From Patellaria atrata CBS 101060 (Eukaryota), in the NCBI GenBank assembly GCA_010093705.1, contig MU006090.1, forward strand, positions 1 to 64,000: a DNA stretch of 64,000 nucleotides, in the 5' to 3' direction. The stretch's first letter is position 1; each line of letters starts with the position of its first letter. Positions 47,410 through 60,688 of this stretch are shown here, piece by piece. The notes under the pieces were generated by a model. The model had not been told where the DNA came from, made no database searches, and was given only the letters and a program-made list of their open reading frames with translations. The position numbers were made by a program, and so were the translations under genes.

Positions 47410-49290
47410 CTACAGCCCAGAATCATTCTCCGCAATATTATTGTCGAGCTTGTACTGCTTCCACGCCTTACATCCATTCTTAAAATCTCCTAAATCACCG
47501 ATCGAGCCTAAGATTTCCGACCTACGTTCCAGGAACTGCAGTCCTAGACCCTGGCTGATGTGAAACGGAATATGACAATGCATGAGCCACGCGCCTGGGT
47601 TGTCCGCCTCGAACGCCAGAGCGAGCCAGCCTTGTGCGGGGAGCGTCGCGGTGTCCCTACGGATCGGGTTGTCGTAGTTCAAGCTATCGGCATTACCATC
47701 CCAGGTGCCGTTTCCGTGGCCTAGGACGTAGAAGTCGTGGCCATGGAGATGGATAGGATGAGGTAGGGGTGGCTGCTTCGTGTCTGCTTGGATGAACCAG
47801 TAGGTCCAGTCGCTGTCAACAAGGTAGACGTTGTCGCTCATTGGGAACTCTTCAGTGCCGTCGACGACGTACTGGAGGGTGGGTCTCTCCCAGTTGATCT
47901 TCATTTGGGAGTCATTAATGAACCATTGGACGAGCGGTCCATTGGCACCAGTACCGTTGAAGGTAAGCTCAAGCTCTTCAATGTCCCCCTTTGGAACAGT
48001 GGATTTAACGTAGGGAATAATTACTTCATCATAGCATCCGCTCGGTAGGGTTCCTTCGGAAGTAGGTTCACCCTCTTCGGCTCCGACATAGCTAAAGATG
48101 CCGCGGATATTCTCGGCTTGGGCGTTCGGCCCGTCACAAAGACCACCACCGGTTCCTACACGAAGCCAGTAATTACCCTTGGGTTGGTCAGCATGTATTA
48201 TTACATCGTATCTTTGACCTGTTGTGTCGTGAGTATTGGTGCTAACCAAGGGAGGCTTGGGCAACATACCGACGCCAAGAACAACAGAGTCAGTCTCGTA
48301 CGGAACAATAGGTACGAAATCGGCGGCAACAACAGTGAACTTATGACCGTCAAGGCCTACATGGAAATATTGGTTGATGCCGGTGTTGACTAAGCGGAGT
48401 AAGTGCTTTTTTCCGGGTTTCAGTACTGTCTTCTCATAACTTCCACCAGAGCTGGAAACCATTTTGCCGTTCAACAAAACCGTGTCCCCTGTTGGTGGAC
48501 CAGCGGCGTGGGCAGCAGCAGCATCTACCGTGAAAAATGGTGTATAGAACCAATCGGTCATTACGTATGGACCAAGGTCAATGTCATAGTTCGCAGTGGT
48601 GGGACCGTGAATCACAATGGGTCCAACGAGTCCTTCAGCATATTGCGCCGAGAAATGGCTATGATACCATGACGTACCATACTGAGTTGCCCTGAAAGTA
48701 TAAGTTTTACTTGTAGCCGGAGCGATGGGGCACTCAGTAAGACCGTTCGTGCCGTCCATTTGACACGATCCCAATTGACGAAGACCTTTCTCAGGTTAAT
48801 GTCGGCATCTTTCGTAGAAGATCAGATATAACTAACCGTGCCAATGGATACCAGTCCCATTGTGGTTCTTCAGATTGTTTGTAACAGTGATCTGAACGGT
48901 ATCACCCCAGTTTGCCTCAATCAATGGTCCTGGATATTGCCCGTTGAATACCATCATTTTTCTTTCAACGCCGTCTGGCGCCAACACCCTTTCCGAGACT
49001 TCTAGATTGTACTAAGTGAAGGGTTAGTTATACGCGTAAAGGCGCGCAAAAGTCCCGATTCTTACCTTTACCGTCCTTCCGTAACTCCCCGGAGGGGAAT
49101 GGTGCCCCGGCCAATTCTGATCCATATCCGTGTCAATATCGCAGCCATCTCTCCACCCGCCCCGCGAATGTGGTGAATTAATCGTGGTGTTTAAGTACCG
49201 GTAGCCCCGAGAATGAAGAGGGAGCACATTAGCAGTAGTAGCCGAGAACAATGCTACTAAACACGAGGCTTTTGTAACCAAGTGCAACAT
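47410..49290 (-). CDS. Laccase (AA1 multicopper oxidase); exons 49290-49066, 49011-48837, 48785-48270, 48218-47410
   Basis: Signal peptide; L1 HWHG, L2 WYHSH, L3 HPIHLHGH, L4 HCHIPFHISQGL (axial Leu); ascomycete C-terminal plug DSGL. Confidence 0.95.
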
Positions 49291-51690
49291 TATATATATG
49301 AAATAATGATTGTACAGATGTAACGAAAGACTAGGCCGTGAAACGAAGGCGACGCGACACAACTGAAAGGGACTCGACGCAGAACGAAAACAGGGAGCGA
49401 GTTTGAAGCAGGAGCAGGATATGTACTATTTCAGATACACAAGCCCAAGCTGAACCTCGAGAGCTGCAACTTTTCGATAAACTATGCATGACCGCAAGCC
49501 AAGCGCGTTTACGAGAAGAAAGTTTGGATTGACAAGGCCAGTCCCGTTTCCGGTGAGACGGCACAAATAGAGGAGCGTTGCCAATCGTGGGGATATGGCT
49601 GAAGCTACAAGTATTCAAGTACCGTAATCAAGACGAGAAACCGAAATACCAGATAAGCTAAGAAGATCGACTCTGAATCTGATATCTCTAGTTTAGTAAC
49701 TAATATAGTGCATACGGAAGATGAACACGGGAATAGAACCACATGGGGATAGAACAATATGGTCTCCAACTGGTGTCTATGTCCAAGGGGCCCAAGACTA
49801 GCTGAGAAGTGTTCTTTGTAAAAATGCGTGTCTGACCCAGCAAGATGAACCATCGCACAGATAGCTGTTAACCCAGATGCCGCGGAATATTCTGTTCAAA
49901 CACATGACAGGTAAGCCACTGACAGCGTGGAGGCGCGGTAATAGGCGGTGATGGATAGGTAGTTTCTTATTCTCATATCAGCAACAGCGTAAACCAAGCT
50001 CGAAAGAAAATGGCTTTCAAAATGCGGCTGAGCGGCATCAAAACGGAAGAGATTACTTAGGATAGGAAAGGTGTTCTTGGGCCTTGCAGGCAACCATATC
50101 GTCTTCACGAATCGTTGATGGACGAGATGATGTTGTTGTAAGACGCCCCGACGACATGTGGGGTGTTCAACATATCAGTTGAGCGCCCTGTCGTATCTGG
50201 AAAGCATAGTTCTATCCCAAGAAGCCCAAGCGTTTCCAAGCTTCGATGATCTCTGCAAGACGGTCTTCTGTGGGATAGAGGTTATTCTAGTTATAGACGT
50301 TTTGGTCTTTGGCGGAAGTTAGGTCTGTAGTTGGACCTTTTAAACTTAGCGGCTTGTGTGCTTCCTTGCTGTGATCTACGAAAAGGGGTATCTCTATTGG
50401 CTCGTGTTACGGCTCTCCTCTATATTCCCCGAGATGCACCACCACTAAACTCACTACAACTCATAAGAAGCCGGATTTCCTGGCAGTTTGCTGTCAGATT
50501 TTGAGCCATTACGGCCATCTCCAGACCGTCATCACGACTCACGGGATAACACGAGAGAGAACTTCTTGGAAATGCGGTGATGATGCTCGCCTTTCGCTTT
50601 TGGTCTCTGCTCGGTATGAAAGCTCACAAGGGCAACTGTTCATGGCTCTTTTCCTCACTGCTCTAGGCTTCTTACCCGACTGGAAACCCTTTCTCAAAAC
50701 TCCGATCTCGAAACCCTGAGACTGTAGCGGTTGTCAGAATCTGCTTCACTCCATCGGTTGGGTAGGGCAGAACTAATGAAATATTCGTACTGTAGAACTG
50801 CCATTTCCGTGTTCAGCCGTGGCTTAGAACTAATTCCTCACCAATGAATGACCAACGAGTTTTTGTTGTCATGTCAAGAAATACGCAAGTATTGAATCTC
50901 AACGCTTCGGACTCAGCCCACGGGAGGTTTTACTTTGAGACTTTGACAAGCGACAGATCGCCGATAAGAGTACACGCAGTATCCTAGGTAAGGCTGAGAG
51001 GAGAGGAAACTTCTTACAGCTCTCCGGATGCGGTAAGCTTCAAACGCCACAAGCTTCGGAAGAAGAGGACGTTCCTAATAAGGTACAGACTATGGTAACC
51101 AAAGGTAGAACCGCGGTAAGGTAAGGTATAATTTTCTAAGTTAGGCTCGTACTTTTATACACTCGCTACCTTAACTCAAACCTGAGGCTCTTTGAACTTC
51201 ACATTGTCCTAAGATGGGAGACAGGATACCAAAAGAACAGTTAGTCTTAGTTAGTTTTGGATAGAATGGGTTAAATACAAAATAAAACTTCATTCCTTAT
51301 CTCAATTACACCAGGCATCTTGGTGTCGAAACAGTCATCACTCAATAATAACCATATCTGAATGGGATCCATATTGTAGTGTGTATCGTTTCACGAGAAC
51401 AATCCCCTTTCCCCCTCCCTTCCCATTTCCACACATGCAGTTCACGCTTAGGATCCAGCATATCATCCCATTACTTTAAATGCTCTCTCAGTATAACAAC
51501 AAATTTAGACCTGAGACTCCCCTAAAAGCACATTGTGGGGCAATGATGAAGAATATATACATATCTATATACAAAACAAACTATACGAATAGAAGGCTAT
51601 CTCTAATACAAACCCATAATGCTACCCACCTTTCGTACAGTACCGCATCCAAACTACCTTCACTAAGACATTACTGTCTCCTAGCTATAT

Positions 51691-54039
51691 CTACATAGCC
51701 CCCATCACCACTCCAACCGTCACCACCGCAATTCCCGACGTAACCCACCGTCCTAAACTCCCCACACTCATTGCTGCACCCTCATGCTCTACTGGTCTCC
51801 TTGTCATGCCCCCACTCCTCCCCGGCCTTGCTGATGGATGTCCCGTCGAACCTGGCACGCACTGCTTGTTCCCCCACTGCGTATCCGCGACCGACTTCCA
51901 CACCTCCACAACATCTGAAATCATAGACGGTGTATACCAGATCCTACAATCTGCGGCCTCGTACACGAACTCGAGTGGCAGTTCTTGCGGATCGCCTTGA
52001 CGAACTGCATCGAGTACATTGACTGTGGCCTGTGGTGAGCCGTCGAGGCCGTAGTTGGCGCGGAGGAGGGCCTGATTCGCGAACACGAGACGACCGAGCG
52101 CGGTACCGTTATAGTGTGCTTGTTCGGCATCTGTCCCGGCGTAGTAAGCTTGATAGGCGTACCCGTGTAGCTGTGCAAAGTTGAGGACGCGGGAACCTTT
52201 TGTGCCTCCGATCGCTTGAGCGGGCCGGGCAGCGGGAAGGCCGCCGATGAAGATGCTTTGGACCTTGCCCTGCTCTTTCATGAGCTCGGAAAAGATGGCG
52301 CAGGAGGAGGAACAGTAACCGTCCTGGAGGAGGACAATGTTCTCGGCGTCGAAGGGCTGCGGAGGTGGGTTGGAGTTTTCTAGGTAACCTGTAACAGAGA
52401 ACCCTTCGTAGGTGTAAGAGAGTGGATCACTGAAATTATAACGAAAGAGGGAAGTGAATTCGTCGCCGTTGAATTCATGGGGTCCGTAGTACTCCTCCAA
52501 GGATGCAAAATTTTCCAGCTCCTCGTTGAGAGGTATGGTGTAGTCAAACTGACTGAATTCCGCCCTGACGCTATTGTAAGACACGGTATTGGCCTGGTTA
52601 GTCTCGTTCGTGAGAAATTCCTGAACCTCTGATACGATCTGTTTGAAAGCTTCGTGCGCACGCCATTTACTAGCTCCATATGGCACTTCCGTCGGAAATA
52701 GCTGAGCGAATGTATCAAAAGGTAGAACAGTAGCTCCTCCTGCATTGCCACGCATGTCAAGGATGAGTTTCTTTTTACCGGCTGTGATGGCCCTAGCTAG
52801 AAATTTCCGCAGCGCAACCTGGAAATTGATCTGGACGTCGGGAGCTGGCCCTTGGGGTAAGAATGAGGGAATGGCTACGATGGCGATGTCATCATAGCTC
52901 GTCCCATTCAAGAAATATCCTTGGAGGATCTTATCGTCTGTCTTTATTACTGGATACGGATAACCAGTTCCCGGAGGCTCAAAGGTAAATACCTGTCTTG
53001 CATCTACGGTAGTTTCGGTAGGAGCAGATTCGATCCCTGATGGCACTTCTCCGCTTCCTAGGTTCGGTCCGGAACAAAACTTTTGAAAGAATGATAGACC
53101 GCTATCCACCCCAGTGAAATCTTTCATGACAAAAGCTTGGTTTGGAAGCTCTGTCTGAGTTCCATTTTCAAAGGTGATAACTGTTGAATCTCCATCGTAG
53201 TTACCGAAAGCAAATATTCCAGGACTTATTTGACCCATAGACATTACTGCTTGATTGGGAAACATTGCATTGTATCGAGTGTCTGCGTCGTGGAATTGGG
53301 CCTGGGCGGATACTGCACCGAGATATTGTACAGCTGGTCTACCATTGATGGTGGATATAGGCGAAACATTTGTGTTAGAGAGAGAGATATCCACTAAACA
53401 AATTGGCTGTACTTAGCAAGGAATAATGTGGAAGAACTGGGGTTACTTACAGAAGGAGAAGACCTTAGGAAGTGAGTCGCCGTCTTCAGAGACTGACACT
53501 AGGGCTAGATCTCTTGTGAAAGAGAATACGGACATAATATCTGGATTCCACACTAAATGATTGTCATAGCCGAGAGTAAAAATACTGGAAAGTGTGAACT
53601 GCACGTCAAATTCGTTTCTGTAGCCGCCGTTACGAAGCCTCGCTTGTACTTTATTCAGCTCTCCAATTATATCAATTGGAGCTTCTGTGTATTCCTCTGG
53701 TGGATTCTTCAAGTAGGCCGTATTCGAATTCCATTCTATATAGGCCTTCAGATCGTCAATTAACTGGATATCACCAGCCCGATCCACAGAGACGGAGGTA
53801 AGGCAGGAATATGCGAGCGAAGCAGGGACAACGGGAGCAGCTGATGGGTTTATCTCCGCAATTGCTACCAAGGCAGCATTAACTGAAGCGCAAGCGTTAT
53901 GGGGAACTAAGGTGGGAGTAGGGTTCGGATATGATGTAGCAATAACGCTGGATACTGGAGGAATAGATGAGTAGCGGGTTGTTTGCGCAGAAGCTACTGC
54001 AAGTAGCGTCTTGAGGGCAATCCAGCCAGCAGGTCTCAT
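51691..54039 (-). CDS. Secreted peptidase S41 (CPAF-like) family protein, likely GPI-anchored; exons 54039-53451 and 53393-51691
   Basis: Signal peptide MRPAGWIALKTLLAVASA, AYLKNPP, ILDMRGNAGG, DGYCSSSCAIFSE, EAADCRIWYT, hydrophobic C-terminal tail. Confidence 0.85.
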
Positions 54040-55328
54040 AGTAGAGAATTTAGATATCTGTATGCCGTCTTGTAATACTTCCGAGAGAGTATGCGATGCG
54101 ATTGAGTGTCTATTTGGTAGGCAGAGGAACAGCAGGGACAAAATCTACTGAATAGGGCAACTGTGAAGGAAAGACGGAAAGGTATACGCAGATAGACTAC
54201 AACTTGTAGTTCTATCCGTTTTAAAGTCAATCGCGACTGACATTAAACATTGAAAGATGTCACCTTGTACTTATGTACATACTAGGATACGAGCATAAGC
54301 TGAGGATACGAAGACTCGCTTGACCAAATCCCCTACGGCTTTACATAAATTGATTAGCGGTTCAATGACACCTTGTAAGGCGAAGCAAAAGGTTGTGAGC
54401 TGAGGGACGTACTGTAAGTGTTTTCTCCAATTGTTCACAAGTCAAGCCCCCCTTGGTCCAGTTCTGAAGCGCACTTGGGTCGTGCTTTGGATTGAACGCT
54501 GAGGCATAGCCATTATTGGCCATACATCCATCAGGTCAAAGTTTCAACAGCGGTGAAGGTATCATCAAAGTATCGTAGACAGTGTCTGGACGACTTCGCC
54601 AGTTCTTCCATTGCAATTATATATAAAAGACTGTTCATATAATGGTCAGATGGAAGCATAGCAAAGCGTCAAATTCCTCTGATGAGTGCTCGCTGTTAAG
54701 GCGGTGTCGTCCATATTTCAGAAAAATATATACAGTCGTTGGCGAAATAGGAGAAGCATGAACGGTGAGGAGCTAATAAATCTCAGCTCTGCTTGCCCCT
54801 ATTAGGGAGAGTTCGAGTATTCCTGTCGTGTCGGCGCGCTTTGTCACCTTTGTGTTACTATTCTTAGGTCGACTGCAGCTATCGCCAAATAGTCCTAGCT
54901 TAGTATTATGGCTTTATACCCAGTTTTGCGCCTCAAGTGGCTTGCAAGCTCCAGATGAGGTGTTACCTTAAAGTATTAAGGTAGGTTGTTTATCAATCTC
55001 AACGTTCAGCTTGAGAGCAATTCAAGATTTCTTTGGTCTGAACGAACCTGAAAGCTAGATGACTGTACGTTTGAGTTGATCAGTATTACCAATCAAAGTT
55101 TCTCTCTGTTCCCGAGTAATCTAATGCTTCATCGAAGACTATATGTGACAGGTAGGATAGTTCTACCTTCTAATTTTTAATCTCTGTCTTAGCTTTTTAG
55201 AGCCCATTACGCCGTGTTGAATGCTCGCTAAGTCCACGTGAAGAAATCTTCGTTTCTATATTGAGTGCGGAAAGCGGTTAACCCGAGTTTTAAAAAAGAA
55301 AAGTGAACTCTAAGGTTGACAAGAGCAA

Positions 55329-58300
55329 TTAAAAGAGGCCATCAATCTCTCCCGTTTCGACGTCCACATCAACATTGAGATACCCAGGTGCAGTGGGGAG
55401 TCCGGGGATGGTTTGGATGTCTGCTGCTAGGGCATAGCTGATGCTCAGTTAGTATAAGTCTTTTCTGTACATTCAAGGAGAATTGACTTACAGATACCCA
55501 GCACCTGCAGCCATACGGACGTCTCTAATTGGTACAGTAAAACCTTCGGGGGCTCCTTTCAATGCTGGATCATGAGAGAGAGAGTACTGAGTCTTAGCTA
55601 TGCAGATCGGTAGATTCCCGAATCCTTGTTTAACATATGTATCAACCTTCTTTTGGGCGAGTTCGCTGAACTCAACCTTTTCAGCACCATACATAACTTT
55701 ACCTATCTTTTCAATTCGTTCTTGTACAGATCCTTCCAGGTCATAGAGAAGTTTGAAGTTCTTCTCTCGTCCGCTAGCGGTGATGACACCTCTTGCAAGA
55801 TCTACAGCACCCTTTCCGCCTTCCGCCCAGTGATTAGCTGGAATGGCATCTTCGGCCCCAGCAGCAATTGCCTCTTCCTTGATGACTTGGATTTCAGCGT
55901 CGGTATCCGTCTGGAACTTGTTGATGGCCACGACAACGGGTACGCCGAATTGTTTGGCGTTTTGGATGTGCTTCTTAAGGTTAATGCAACCTTTCCTGAG
56001 TATTTCCACGTTCTCGGTACGGTACACCTCATGCAACTGACCCCCAGGTGTGATCTCAGGACCTCCGCCGTGAACCTTTAGCGCTCGGACGGTCGCAACA
56101 ATCACAACGGTATCCGGTATGAGTCCGGAAGACCGACATTTGATGTTGAAGAATCGCTCTCCACCCATAGTAAAATCAAAGCCAGCTTCTGTGATCACGA
56201 ACCCGGTTTTCTCGTTATGATCCTCATCGGATTCAGTGCCCGCAAGCTTCAATGCCAGTTTGTCCGCGAGAATGGACGAAGCGCCGATACTAATGTTAGC
56301 AAATGGTCCCGCATGTACGAAGACCGGAGTGCCTTCCAGAGTCTGCATGAGGTTTGGTTTAATTGCATCCTTCATTAAAGCAGTTAATGCACCGGCGATA
56401 CCGATATCATCCACAGTAACAGGGTCGCCACTCTTGGAACTTGCAACCACTATACGGCCAAGTCGTTCCCTCATATCTTTGAGACTGTTACTCAGCGCTA
56501 ATACGGCCATACATTCGCTAGCAACGGATATATCAAAACCCGTTTCTCGCGTATTACCTTTTTCGGTCGGGGCCTGTCCAACCGTGATCCCTCTGAGGTG
56601 TCTGTCGTTAACATCAAGAACGCGTCTCCAAGTGATCGTCTCTGGATCTATGTCCAAACGTGCAAATCGCCGAATCTCCTCCTCGGTAAGTTCATCCGGA
56701 GTTTTTTTATTGATTCCCAACCTCTTCAATCTCCGTAACATACTAGAGATAAACTCCCTTTTCCCCTTCTTGACGGGAACTAGACGCTTGTAGAGGGCAC
56801 CATCCTTTTGAGTATTCTCGTGGAACATGCGCGTATCGATGGCAGCAGCAAGGAGATTATTTGCCGCAGTTATCGCATGAATATCTCCAGTCAAGTGGAG
56901 GTTGAATTCATCCATCGGTATAACCTGACTGTATCCTCCACCAGCTGCACCTCCCTTGATCCCAAACGTAGGACCTTGACTGGGCTGTCGCACATTTGCG
57001 AAGGTCAAGCGGCCGAGTTGAGCAGCAAGAGCTTGGGACAAACCAACCGTTGTTGTGGACTTACCCTCACCAAGTGGGGTTGGTGTTATCCCAGCAACTA
57101 GTATATATCTTCCGTTACGACGATGTTCCAACCTCCGAAGAAGGGTAAGGTCGACTTTAGCTTTGTACGCGCCATAAGGTTCAAGTTCATGTTTAGCAAT
57201 ACCGATCTCCTCTGCGATCTGCGAAATATGCCTTGGATGTTGTGCTCGCGAGATGACAATATCTGAAGGAACAGGTTGGAGGAGTTTCAGTGGTAATGGT
57301 GAGATATGACGAGCCTTCTGTCGCTCGAAGTACGCAGTTGTTGAATCTACAACATTCTGGAGCAGCATTGCAACGGTCATTGGACCCACACCCCCGGGAA
57401 CGGGGGTTATATGTGAAGCAACCTCTGCTGCAGAATTGTAATCGACATCCCCAACAAGACGTTGTCCCGACTTTTTGGACTCGTCCGGGATGTAGTTCGT
57501 ACCGACGTCGATCACCACGGCTCCTCGTTTTAGCCATTCTCCTTTCACGAAGCCAGCTTTACCAATAGCGGCGACAACAACATCAGCATTTTTGAGATAT
57601 TCTTCCAAGTTTGGTGTCTTCGAATGGCACACGGTCACAGTAGCATCTGCATTCTTCAGCAGATAACTCACTGGACTGCCCACGATATCACTTCTTCCTA
57701 AAACGACCGCTTGCTTCCCACTGAGATCCACACCAGTCTCTTCTAAAAGGACCATTACACCTTTCGGTGTGCATGGTGTAAATAACGGCTTTCCCCCCCT
57801 CTTTGCTAGCTCGCCAATGTTTGCGATTCCAAACCCGTCAACGTCCTTCTCATCCGCAACTGCAGATGTGATGGCATGCTCAGATATATGCTTAGGTAGT
57901 GGTAATTGAACGAGGATGCCGTGGATATTAGGGTCGTTGTTGAATTGGGAGATGTGCTGTAGGAGTTCTGGCTCTGTAATATCCTCGGGATAATTCTCGA
58001 GCTTACAAATTATTTGAGCCTGGAATTGGGACGAGTCAGCAGATTCAGACAAAGAAGCTCTTTTTGTGTCATTCTACGAACCTCCTCCGCCGCTTTCAAT
58101 TTCATGCGCACGTAGGTACCTTACGACAGTCAGAGGAGGCCATGCTTAATGTAGCTTTATAAAATAGGAGGTGATATACTTGAATCTGAACGATCGCCAA
58201 CTGTAGTTGGTGTTAGATGAAAGACCTTCTAAAAATATATTGGCTATCTACATACCTTGTATTATAGTTAGTGAAGGCTTATACCGAGGATTCGTCTCCT

Positions 58301-58379
58301 GCTTCTGTTTGATCTCGGCGTGAAGTCGTTGTCGTATATTCTTGGCAATAGCAGTGCCGTCAATTTTGTTTGCTGTCAT
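55329..58379 (-). CDS. ADE3: C-1-tetrahydrofolate synthase (trifunctional); exons 58379-58256, 58200-58180, 58119-58082, 58019-55492, 55437-55329; possible mitochondrial isoform from ATG 58586
   Basis: [48 protein letters not shown], final PGLPTAPG...IDGLF. Confidence 0.96.
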
Positions 58380-59032
58380 ACTGGCAACACTGTGGGAGAA
58401 CTGCCTTGATTGACGGAAATTGAGGGGATGGAGGAGATAATTGGAAGTTTTGGCATAGAGATTGAAAGGAGAGTTTGAGGCGGGATGCTCTGTGGTACGA
58501 TCTCCGTCGAGTCGTGTGCCCCGCGGCCAGCTGCAGGTGGAAACTGGAAGGGAGCATTTGGCTCGGACGCGCCTACAGATCAGCATTTTGAACCTAGGAA
58601 TAAATTTCCGTGTGTTGAATTACTAGAACTAGTACATTGGATTTGACCGATGAGAAAAGCAGGCCGCACCATTACCAGAAGATGCCACATCATGACCAAA
58701 ATTTCAAAAGTTCAAATGACTCGATTTTTCTTTTTTAATGGTCATCCATACCGGTAGACGGCGAGGCTAAGGAGAGCACGGGGAGGGTATAATAATAATT
58801 ACAATATGGGTAATACGACTACCCGAAATTTCGGATCCCACGCCAAGAATGTAAATTTTTGTTGTTGAGGCGTGGGGAGTGGAGAGGCCCGGCGGAACTT
58901 GACGGAGCGGGGTGGAATTACGTGGGGCCTGGTGGAGGTTCACGACGGGGTTTGCTCGGGGAATCCCACTTCGGTTCGTTCAAAATATTTCGCATTCGAC
59001 CCACATACCTTATACACCATAACACAACCAAC

Positions 59033-60212
59033 ATGAGACCCATACTATTATCGGGTCACGTAAGTAATAATCATGTTCTTTAGGCTCAAATAGAGAATTG
59101 AATATTCTGACTTCATCCCTAGGAACGTGCCCTCACTCAGGTGAAGTAGGGCAAAGCCGATATCCAGACCCCAGAATTAGCTCGACTAACGCCCCTTGTA
59201 CAGATATTCGAGAGATGGAGATATCATATTTTCAGTCTCAAAGGATCATGTAATTTGCGCGTGGTTCTCAATCAACGGCGAAAGGTTAGGCACATACCAT
59301 GGGCACCAGGGCGCTCTCTGGACGGTTGATGTCGACCCAAGCACAACACTATTAGCCAGTGGCGGTGCAGACAACACAATCAGGTTATGGGAGGTCAAGA
59401 CCGGAAGGCTGTTAAAGACATGGGACTTCCCCACCGCCATAAAGAGAGTCGAGTTCTCTCCAGATGGAAGAAGGCTTCTCGGTGTGACAGAGAAGCGAAT
59501 GGGGTATCTCGGCACCATTGTCGTGTTCGACATCATCCTAGAGGTAGACGCGGATCAAACAAACGAACCGTCACTGCGGATAGAATGCACGGAGAGCAAA
59601 GCGACGGTCGCCGGGTTCAGTTACGTAGGAAAGTACATCATCGCTGGACATGAAGATGGCACTGTGTCACAATACGATGCTAAGGTATTCTCCTCGCAAC
59701 TCATGTTCCTATGCATAACTAATAGAGCTTTTTAGACGGCAGAACAATATCTCAACCTTACAGTCCACGAACCGGACATACCCATCACAGACCTCCAATG
59801 GTCCGCCGACCGCACCTACTTTATTACCGCGTCCAAAGATAAAACCGCGAAACTAGTCTCCGCTGTTGACCTCGAAGTCCTGAAGACATACGTGACCGAT
59901 ACACCACTTAACAGCGCTGCAATCACCCCAGTTAAAGACTTTGTCATTCTCGGTGGTGGTCAGGCCGCTATGGATGTGACCACCACCAGTGCCCGCCAAG
60001 GAAAGTTCGAAGCACGCTTCTACCACAAGATTTTCGAGGAGGAAATTGGCAGAGTGAGAGGTCACTTCGGCCCACTAAACTATGTGGCCGTGCATCCAGA
60101 GGGTACCGGCTATTGTAGCGGTGGTGAAGACGGGTATGTGCGCGTGCATCATTTCGACAAGGCATACTTCGATTTCTTGTATGAGGTGGAAAGGGAACAG
60201 GCGAAGATTTGA
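59033..60212 (+). CDS. TIF34: Translation initiation factor eIF3 subunit I (WD40); exons 59033-59059, 59123-59145, 59204-59684, 59736-60212
   Basis: [67 protein letters not shown]. Confidence 0.96.
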
Positions 60213-60688
60213 TGCTTCATACGTTATTGCTGCTGCATGTTTAGGCGTTTGCCAGCGGGATGCGCTAGGCTTGGTGAAGGTCTTGTTACTACCTTATGTT
60301 GGTACAGTGCTCATCACGGACGAAATCCGACTCCTGTAAGGTGGAGTTTAAAATGTATCTGCAATGCCATGACATTATTTACATGAAAGAGTTCTCTGAA
60401 TCTCTTGTATTATTATTCGTCGGTACAGTTACATTACCTACTAAGACCAGCGTCCATGTCACGGTCAGCCATACGTTATGCTCATGCCACAGCAGAAACA
60501 CACCTTAACGAGTAACTCGATCGTTCTCCGGGAAATTGTAATGCAAGCATACTATATAACCAGTGGATAATTTCTGTCTCATGTCTATCATCACACCAAC
60601 GAATTGCTCATGCCACTTTATTTCCTTGCTAGATTCTTCTAGAAAACCAATTCCAAATTTCAGGAGGTAATCTACTCACCTCTCTTAT

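Noticed and set aside
47410..54039. Laccase plus S41 peptidase as a secondary-metabolite cluster
   Set aside because: No backbone enzyme, transporter or regulator nearby; flanked by housekeeping genes.
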